Under the pieces are notes generated by a model that had not been told where the DNA came from, did not search any database, and was given only the letters and a program-made list of their open reading frames with translations. A program made the translations under genes and the position numbers. Of a DNA stretch of 64,000 nucleotides, positions 58,033 to 64,000 are shown one piece after another. The stretch covers positions 182,208 through 246,207 of the forward strand of contig JBBDPN010000001.1 in assembly GCA_040876265.1 (NCBI GenBank), given 5' to 3'. Within the stretch, counting starts at the first letter, position 1; each line of letters starts with the position of its first letter. The stretch comes from Candidatus Woykebacteria bacterium (GTDB lineage Bacteria > Patescibacteriota > Microgenomatia > Woykebacterales > RBG-16-39-9b).

Positions 58033-58119
58033 TTAACGCGTTTCCCCCGCACTAGTTGATGTCTCCTTTACAAGGAGTACGGTAAACATATTTTTAATGA
58101 GGGAACGATAAAGTTTCAT
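58033..58119 (-). CDS. Putative 28-aa attenuator leader peptide
   Basis: MKLYRSLIKNMFTVLLVKETSTSAGETR*; starts a few nt after the predicted TSS; its 3' end carries CGGGGG, complementary to the terminator 5' arm. Confidence 0.55.
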   Translation of the reverse strand: MKLYRSLIKNMFTVLLVKETSTSAGETR

Positions 58120-58128
58120 TGCTGTTTA

Positions 58129-58158
58129 ATTTTATTAAGATTTTAATTTAGATGTCAA
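58129..58158 (-). promoter_or_regulatory. Sigma-70-type promoter
   Basis: TTGACA, 18 nt, TAAAAT. Confidence 0.7.
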
Positions 58159-58162
58159 GGGG

Positions 58163-59047
58163 TTACTTGATTGTTATCGATCCAGCAAAAACCTCAATTT
58201 GGATGTCAACCCTAGTAAAAGAGGCATCAAAATCCTTAGTCTTGTATTCACCGTCTGCTTTTTTGTACCGTCCGTCAATAGAAAGGTTCTTCACTTTTGA
58301 GTCAATTTTTACCCGTGCCGCAATTTCTTTGGGTATAGTTATAGTCAGATTGGAAGCACTGGTAGAAATCTTTGCTCTGGACGAATAAGAGTCGCCAAAC
58401 GCTATTTTTAGATCCCCAGCCTTTGAATTTATCTCCAAATAGTCAACCCGTAAATTTTTTAAATTAATGTCTTGCCGAGAGGCCTCTGTATTTATTTGAA
58501 TTTCCAGCGGTATTTGGGTTGTGAGAGACAGGTCAGTATCATTTTTAAGGCTTGATATGATAGGTAGACCGGTCACTCCCATTTGGGCGATCCTGTATAT
58601 ACCTTGTCCAAAACTCTCCTCCTTGGAAACCTGGGGTTTGTTCGCCGCTTTGCTGTATGAAACCATACCGTTGATTAATTTACTTGAGCTCGTCGTCGAT
58701 TTTATATCCAAATTCGTTGCCGGCATATCGACGATTATTTTTGCCTTCGTGAGGGAACCTAAATCTTCTGCTATAGAAAGCTTTTCAGTCGCCAGAGGGT
58801 TTTTAGTAACTGGGTTCACTGCAAAAATTATTGGGATTAGAAAAATCAATAAGAGGAGGATCACAGTTGTTTTAAGAGAGATCGATTGGCCAATTAGATA
58901 TTCAACACCAATTAGAATAAGTAAAACCGGCCAAAATTTCCAAAGGTTAGTCCAGATGGACCAAGGCAAAAGACCAAAATTGTTTAAAAGAAAAATAGCA
59001 CCCAGAAGAATTAAAACAATCGGGGCTACCTTGAACTTGCTAATCAT
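58163..59047 (-). CDS. LiaI/LiaF-like membrane protein with beta-solenoid C-terminus
   Basis: LILLG.IFLLNNFG..PW..W..LWKFWPVLLILIG N-terminal TM region; repetitive beta-strand C-terminus. Confidence 0.78.
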   Translation of the reverse strand: MISKFKVAPIVLILLGAIFLLNNFGLLPWSIWTNLWKFWPVLLILIGVEYLIGQSISLKTTVILLLLIFLIPIIFAVNPVTKNPLATEKLSIAEDLGSLTKAKIIVDMPATNLDIKSTTSSSKLINGMVSYSKAANKPQVSKEESFGQGIYRIAQMGVTGLPIISSLKNDTDLSLTTQIPLEIQINTEASRQDINLKNLRVDYLEINSKAGDLKIAFGDSYSSRAKISTSASNLTITIPKEIAARVKIDSKVKNLSIDGRYKKADGEYKTKDFDASFTRVDIQIEVFAGSITIK

Positions 59048-59085
59048 TTAATCCTAGCATAGCCAAATATCAAATTCGCGTCAAA

Positions 59086-59502
59086 CTAATTTTGGATATC
59101 CTTTATTAAGGAACTTTTGTAAACTTTAGGTTTGAAGGGTCTTAGCCGGACAATTTTCAGTCCGTCCATTCGGTGCTTTTTAAGATCCTTTTTTAGCTTT
59201 GGTATTTTCGGTTTCTGATCGTAACCAAGCGCTAGTAAATCCGGACGATAAGTTCTAATGGTCTGGAAAAAATTGTGAGTTTTTGACCCAAGAATAACTT
59301 TATTAGCCACGCTAGCCCTCCGAAGGTTACGTGCCCTTTTTTTCTCATCGAATGTCGGTGGGCTATTTTTGGCCTGCTTTACAAACCGGTCTCTAGCCAC
59401 AACTACAATTAAATAATCGCCTAACTTCTTTGCTTGGCCAAAGAAATTTAAATGGCCTTTGTGCAAGATATCGTAAGTACCAAATACCATTACTCTTCTC
59501 AT
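59086..59502 (-). CDS. Cytidylyltransferase-family nucleotidyltransferase (RibL/FAD synthetase-like)
   Basis: FGTYDILHKGH (HxGH), LIVVVARD, PD..ALGYDQ, YKSS. Confidence 0.85.
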   Translation of the reverse strand: MRRVMVFGTYDILHKGHLNFFGQAKKLGDYLIVVVARDRFVKQAKNSPPTFDEKKRARNLRRASVANKVILGSKTHNFFQTIRTYRPDLLALGYDQKPKIPKLKKDLKKHRMDGLKIVRLRPFKPKVYKSSLIKDIQN

Positions 59503-60248
59503 TAAATTTCTACCTCCAAACCGTCAAAAGCTACGTTAAAGTTTTTCCCACCAGTTTTTTGCACAAACCTCACTAATTCTTTATGCGGTAGGTTGCGATG
59601 GCCAATATGGATAAAATAAGTTGATTTAGCGAGCGACACACGTCCTAAAGAAACCCCTTCTATGATTGTCTGATGGTTTTGAGTAGGAATCCTCAGCTCC
59701 GAGCCATCGATAGCAATAGTTGTTCCTTTAATCTTTGCTTTTGTTTGAGGTGGTAGAGTTTTAAAATCAGGCGCCCAAAAGAAAGACCTTCCCTTTCCTT
59801 TAACAAAAATACCAAATGATGAATCGGTATGGTTTACTGGCAGAAGGGAAACCTGTAAATCATCTAGTACAACTGGTGTTGCAGCTTCGGTTTTTAAAAT
59901 CTCGTATTCTTTATAAAAAAAGAGCTTCTTGATCTTTTGAAATGTAGAGGGGTGAATAATTACTTTGATTTTCTTGCCGTTATAGATATGACCAAGATCC
60001 CACAATCCAAAGGTGTGATCTGGGTGCTCGTGAGTGATTGCGGCGTATTCTACTGCTGTTGGGTTCACACCAGCCGTGTTTAAGTGTAGATATGTGTCCG
60101 GACCAATGTCCAAGAGTAAGCGATCGTTTATCAGGGCCTGACTTCTGGTTCTTTTATCTCTAGGGTCTCTGGAAGTACATATTTTGTCGCTGCAACCAAG
60201 TCTAGGCAGCGGCCAACCCGCACTAGTTCCTAAAAATTTTATTTTCAT
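59502..60248 (-). CDS. Metallo-beta-lactamase-fold hydrolase (PhnP/YcfH-neighbour type)
   Basis: FLGTSAG..P..GC....C, THEHPDH, HIGH; start trimmed to ATG 60248. Confidence 0.88.
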   Translation of the reverse strand: MKIKFLGTSAGWPLPRLGCSDKICTSRDPRDKRTRSQALINDRLLLDIGPDTYLHLNTAGVNPTAVEYAAITHEHPDHTFGLWDLGHIYNGKKIKVIIHPSTFQKIKKLFFYKEYEILKTEAATPVVLDDLQVSLLPVNHTDSSFGIFVKGKGRSFFWAPDFKTLPPQTKAKIKGTTIAIDGSELRIPTQNHQTIIEGVSLGRVSLAKSTYFIHIGHRNLPHKELVRFVQKTGGKNFNVAFDGLEVEI

Positions 60249-60254
60249 CCAATT

Positions 60255-60339
60255 TGGTGCCAGAGGTGGGACTCGAACCCACACCCCTTGCGGGACACGG
60301 TCCTAAACCGTGCGCGTATACCAATTTCGCCACTCTGGC
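60255..60339 (-). tRNA. tRNA-Leu(TAG)
   Basis: GCCAGAG..CACGG-TTTAGGA-CCGTG, long variable arm, GTGGG-TTCGAGT-CCCAC, CTCTGGC-A-CCA. Confidence 0.97.
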
Positions 60340-60378
60340 AAGTGGGTGAATTTTACCTAAATTAGCTTTGAAAATCAA

Positions 60379-61158
60379 TTAACGGGTTTCCCTAGCTCTC
60401 GCAATTGCGCTGTTATGACTGGATAATTCCAATGTGTCATCCAGCGGGTCAATATTTATGTCCCTATACTTACGTTTCAGGGCCTTTTTTATCAAAAAGT
60501 CAGCGAAATGTGGATTTTTAGGCAAAACCGGTCCGTGCAAGTAGCAGCCGAAACAGTTTTCTTGGACGGCTCCTTCTGTTCTATCCTCGCCATTGTTTCC
60601 GTAACCAACTACAATATTACCTAAAGGAATAGATTTTTTACCCAAATACGTCTTTCCGCTGTGGTTTTCAAAGCCCACAATTGACTTTTCCAGATGAGCA
60701 TCCAATTTGCTATTTAATTCGATGACGATATTCCCTATCATTCGATCATTACTGGCAACGGTTACTACATCAAGAAGTCCAAGTCCCGGCAGCTGTGGTT
60801 CATTGAAGGGTTGGTAATAGTGCCCCATTAATTGGTATCCCCCGCAAATTCCAAGAAAAACCGCGCCCAATCGGGCTGCTTTACGAAGATCATCTCTTTT
60901 GTATTTCTGCAAATCCTCGGAGACAGATCTCTGCGCTTGATCTTGACCACCACCAAAAAAATAGATATCAAATCGGATTGGGTCCACTTTTTCTTTTAAA
61001 CCGATTTCTCTCACCGTTGTTTTTATACCGCGCCAAGCGGCTCGTCGCCAAATTGTTAAAATGTTCCCGCGGTCCCCATATGTGCTCATCTGCCTTGGGT
61101 AAAGCCAACCGATATTTAGTCTTGCTAATTGGATTTTATCTTTTTGCTTATCTCGCAT
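60379..61158 (-). CDS. gatD: Lipid II isoglutaminyl synthase, glutaminase subunit
   Basis: LYP..MSTYGDRGN, GGGQD, ICGGYQLMG, GFENHSG, YLHGP.LPKNP. Confidence 0.93.
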   Translation of the reverse strand: MRDKQKDKIQLARLNIGWLYPRQMSTYGDRGNILTIWRRAAWRGIKTTVREIGLKEKVDPIRFDIYFFGGGQDQAQRSVSEDLQKYKRDDLRKAARLGAVFLGICGGYQLMGHYYQPFNEPQLPGLGLLDVVTVASNDRMIGNIVIELNSKLDAHLEKSIVGFENHSGKTYLGKKSIPLGNIVVGYGNNGEDRTEGAVQENCFGCYLHGPVLPKNPHFADFLIKKALKRKYRDINIDPLDDTLELSSHNSAIARARETR

Positions 61159-61163
61159 TATTT

Positions 61164-62546
61164 CTAATCCTCCCAAAAATTTTCACTAAAATTCTTTTTC
61201 GCAAGGATAGATTTCAAAGCCAACATTGCTGTATAAGTCGGTAAAATATACAAAGTCCCTCCTTTTGGGGTTTGGATCAGAGCTTCTTCAAAGCTCGCTT
61301 CAATATCGGTACTTATTTCCGGAGCCAGTTCGCCAGATGCGTATTTTAACCTTAGCGCCATATCATAAGCCCGCAGGCCGGTTGACCAAATTCTTTTGAC
61401 TTTGGGATCGTCGGTTAGGGATTCGATATCTACATCCCATAACCAGGAAACATCACGACCGTCAGCGATTAAATCATTAATGGCCAGTAAAACGTATTTA
61501 TCTTTCTTAATTAAAGCCAATACTCGGAGTATTTCATTAAACCCGGAAGGGTTCTTAATTAGAGCTATATAAATTCTTTTGCCTTCGAATTCTAATTTTT
61601 CGGAGCGCCCAAACGCCGCCTGCGTCCTCTGGAGTCCTCTTTTGATGGTAGCTAAATTGATCCCTAAAACCAACGCTGCAGAGATAGCAGCTAGGGTGTT
61701 ATAGACACTAAAAAGCCCGGGTAGAGCTACTTTAGCTTCAAAACTGCCTTTTGGTGTCGCAATATCCGCGGTGAAACCCTTTTCTTCATCCAAATTTACT
61801 TTTTTAGCGTAAATATCCGGTTGAGGTCTCTTTAAACCGCATGTTGAGCATTTATACTTACCTAAATGGGAAAGATAAACGGTTTCGAAACGTAGCTGTG
61901 AACCGCAGTTTATACAACTTGTGAAATCAGAAGCGTGGGGGAGTTTGCCTATAGAAAGAGATGTATCTTCCATCCCGAAGTAAACAACCGAAGCTTTGGT
62001 CTCGGAAGCTAGATGAGCAACAGAATGATCATCGCTATTTAGAACTAAGGTAGTCGTCGGAGGGATTTGTAGGAGAGATTTATGCCAGATTTTCCTGATT
62101 TTATCAACCTCACCATAACGGTCCAGCTGATCACGAAAAAGGTTATTAAAGACGATAACTTGGGGATCAAGGCTGTCGGTCGCTGCAAGTAGAGTAGGTT
62201 CATCCACCTCCAGAAGAGGAATTTTTTTCTCGACTCTGAATATTGAAAGATTTTCCACTAGAGTTCCAATTAAACCCCGAAGTAAGTTGGAACCAGCTCG
62301 ATTATGGACGTAAGAAATACTAGCTTCTTTTAATATTGTTCCCAGGATCCTGGAAGTAGTGGTTTTTCCGTTCGTCCCCGTTACTAGGATTGAACGATCG
62401 AAATAGTTACCTAACTTTCGTAGTGAATTTGGATCAATATATTCGGCCAAAAGTCCTGGCGCTGCTGTAGCACCGCGGCCAGATAATTTTAAAACTGTTC
62501 TTAAAACTGACGAAGAGGCAACCGCTGAGATAAGGCGAGCGTCCAT
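61164..62546 (-). CDS. murT: Lipid II isoglutaminyl synthase, MurT ligase subunit
   Basis: VTGTNGKTTT, NLFRDQLDRYGE, CxxC..CxxC, ADGRDVSWLWD, PTYTAML. Confidence 0.94.
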   Translation of the reverse strand: MDARLISAVASSSVLRTVLKLSGRGATAAPGLLAEYIDPNSLRKLGNYFDRSILVTGTNGKTTTSRILGTILKEASISYVHNRAGSNLLRGLIGTLVENLSIFRVEKKIPLLEVDEPTLLAATDSLDPQVIVFNNLFRDQLDRYGEVDKIRKIWHKSLLQIPPTTTLVLNSDDHSVAHLASETKASVVYFGMEDTSLSIGKLPHASDFTSCINCGSQLRFETVYLSHLGKYKCSTCGLKRPQPDIYAKKVNLDEEKGFTADIATPKGSFEAKVALPGLFSVYNTLAAISAALVLGINLATIKRGLQRTQAAFGRSEKLEFEGKRIYIALIKNPSGFNEILRVLALIKKDKYVLLAINDLIADGRDVSWLWDVDIESLTDDPKVKRIWSTGLRAYDMALRLKYASGELAPEISTDIEASFEEALIQTPKGGTLYILPTYTAMLALKSILAKKNFSENFWED

Positions 62547-62587
62547 GTAGTCATTATACTATGCATCTAAACTTTGACCTGGCTGTT

Positions 62588-63139
62588 TTAATGGTAACTT
62601 ATTAATTTCATATAACGCTCCACCCGAGAGGCCCATCTGGGGTTTTCAGCGTAGAAAGGGCCAATTTTCCAGTGGGTAATTTTACCCATATACCCCCATT
62701 TTTCATTTATGCCTTTAGCAACACTGGTGGATGCATCTTCCCAACTACGGAAATAAAATTTGCCGTTGTGCCAACCGTAAGCATTGTAAGAGCCGGCTGG
62801 TACGAATTGCCCAAAAGTGGATTCAACACCAGCAATCGCCGGTAAGAGTCGCCAGTCAAGGTTATACTTATCAGCTATCGCAACTAGATTTTTAGACTCC
62901 CCGGTCATTGGTAACTGCTGTGATTTTAAAAACCTTTCCAACCTTTGCACTCTATTATCTTTCTTCGCCTCGATTTTAGCCTTAATTGAATAAATTCCCT
63001 CTTTTTGGCTACCAAAATTAGAGGCCACTGGTTCATACGCCTCAAGGGTAGTTGGGTGTTTGAAAATTGTGGGGCTGGTCAAGAGAATGATTGAGGACAC
63101 TATGACCATGGCAGTCGCCCTAGGGATCGCCTTTAACAT
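62588..63139 (-). CDS. Lysozyme-like/glucosaminidase-like secreted protein
   Basis: LDWRLLPAIAGVESTFG..SYNAYGW..F.SW; N-terminal TM. Confidence 0.72.
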   Translation of the reverse strand: MLKAIPRATAMVIVSSIILLTSPTIFKHPTTLEAYEPVASNFGSQKEGIYSIKAKIEAKKDNRVQRLERFLKSQQLPMTGESKNLVAIADKYNLDWRLLPAIAGVESTFGQFVPAGSYNAYGWHNGKFYFRSWEDASTSVAKGINEKWGYMGKITHWKIGPFYAENPRWASRVERYMKLISYH

Positions 63140-63250
63140 AGAGCCTCGGGTATCCGAGGCAAATAACGGCAACAAAAAAGCTTCCGCAAAATACGCAAAA
63201 GCTGCATTAGTTTAACAAATTTAGCAGGTTAAGTCAAGTCTCACACGGGG

Positions 63251-63862
63251 TTAATAGGCGTTTTCTGATATTTCTTCCATAGCGCTTCTGATAGCAAAAA
63301 CCCAAGTTGGACTGCCGCTCGATGTATACCGTGCCACGATAGTCTCTGGTGTTGTGAGGCCCTGGTCAATGTAATTTTCCTTCATTCTTATTGCCACCAA
63401 CTCTATCGCCTTTTCCCAGCTATCAAAACTGGCTCCGCTACTCTTTCCTGGATAAATTGCCCAGCCAAAAGGGTTATGTGATCCCTCCGGGATTTTTTTA
63501 CCAAGATTTGACTCCTGAAAGGCCAAAGCTGGAAGCAGGCGCCAGTCAAGACTATTTATGTCGGCGGCTTCCACAAATTTTAATCCTAAACCGGCCATAG
63601 GCGAATTATGCTTAGATAGAAATCTATCTACCAAAACGGGTCTGGCGTCTTGGCTCTGTATTGCTGAAAGCACGTCCCCGATATCTCCTGATATGTTTTC
63701 AGGAGCTGTAAAAATATCACGTGAGGAACTGGCAATTAGGAAATCCATCCCGTCTATCTGCTTAAGTCTATTATAAAAGGTACCCGCACCAATTATTAGA
63801 CTTATAGACGCTAGAAACCAAATTAAAAAAGTGGCCAGGACAAAGATAACTCTTTTATGCAT
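63251..63862 (-). CDS. Lysozyme-like/glucosaminidase-like secreted protein (paralog)
   Basis: LDWRLLPALAFQESNLG..SHNPFGW..F.SW; start trimmed to ATG 63862. Confidence 0.72.
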   Translation of the reverse strand: MHKRVIFVLATFLIWFLASISLIIGAGTFYNRLKQIDGMDFLIASSSRDIFTAPENISGDIGDVLSAIQSQDARPVLVDRFLSKHNSPMAGLGLKFVEAADINSLDWRLLPALAFQESNLGKKIPEGSHNPFGWAIYPGKSSGASFDSWEKAIELVAIRMKENYIDQGLTTPETIVARYTSSGSPTWVFAIRSAMEEISENAY

Positions 63863-63878
63863 TTTCACCTTCGATAAA

Positions 63879-63953
63879 TGGAGCGGGCGACGGGATTCGA
63901 ACCCGCGACCTTCTCCTTGGCAAGGAGACACTCTACCACTGAGCTACACCCGC
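63879..63953 (-). tRNA. tRNA-Gly(GCC)
   Basis: GCGGGTG..TCTCC-TTGCCAA-GGAGA..GCGGG-TTCGAAT-CCCGT-CGCCCGC-T-CCA. Confidence 0.97.
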
Positions 63954-64000
63954 GCGAGGCAAAATTATATCTCGCTACAGAAAAAAGAGTGCGCTGTAAA

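Overview
A compact, gene-dense chromosomal segment of a Patescibacteria/CPR bacterium, probably Microgenomates-like. This is inferred from the shortened PheT, ThrS and HolB, a monoderm-type type IV pilus cluster with no secretin, a 'VLGA..LPETG' surface protein and many apparently leaderless genes. TGA acts as stop, so the code is 11. 1-21 kb: short accessory genes, with many lipid-handling enzymes (patatin, alpha/beta lipase, SGNH esterase, DegV, PlsC, di-iron acyl-ACP-desaturase-like protein), plus dinB and glyA. 21-41 kb: a PAS histidine kinase, gyrAB and a complete pilB-pilT-pilC-pilD-pilins-pilMNO cluster. 41-57 kb: translation and housekeeping genes (trmD, rpsP, rnc, acpP, nusB, rpmF, recG, tyrS, PBP1A, pheST, rplT-rpmI-infC, tsaC, thrS, clpP). 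58-64 kb: envelope genes including murT-gatD. Three canonical tRNAs are present (Val-GAC, Leu-TAG, Gly-GCC). The most striking unexplained element is a minus-strand unit at about 57.3-58.2 kb. It has a consensus sigma-70 promoter, a 28-aa leader peptide with terminator/antiterminator, two head-to-tail tRNA-like RNAs in which a long irregular helix replaces the anticodon arm, two small ORFs and a closing hairpin. I found no CRISPR array, integrase or transposase. All protein calls are motif-based recognition by eye, and RNA folds were paired by hand.
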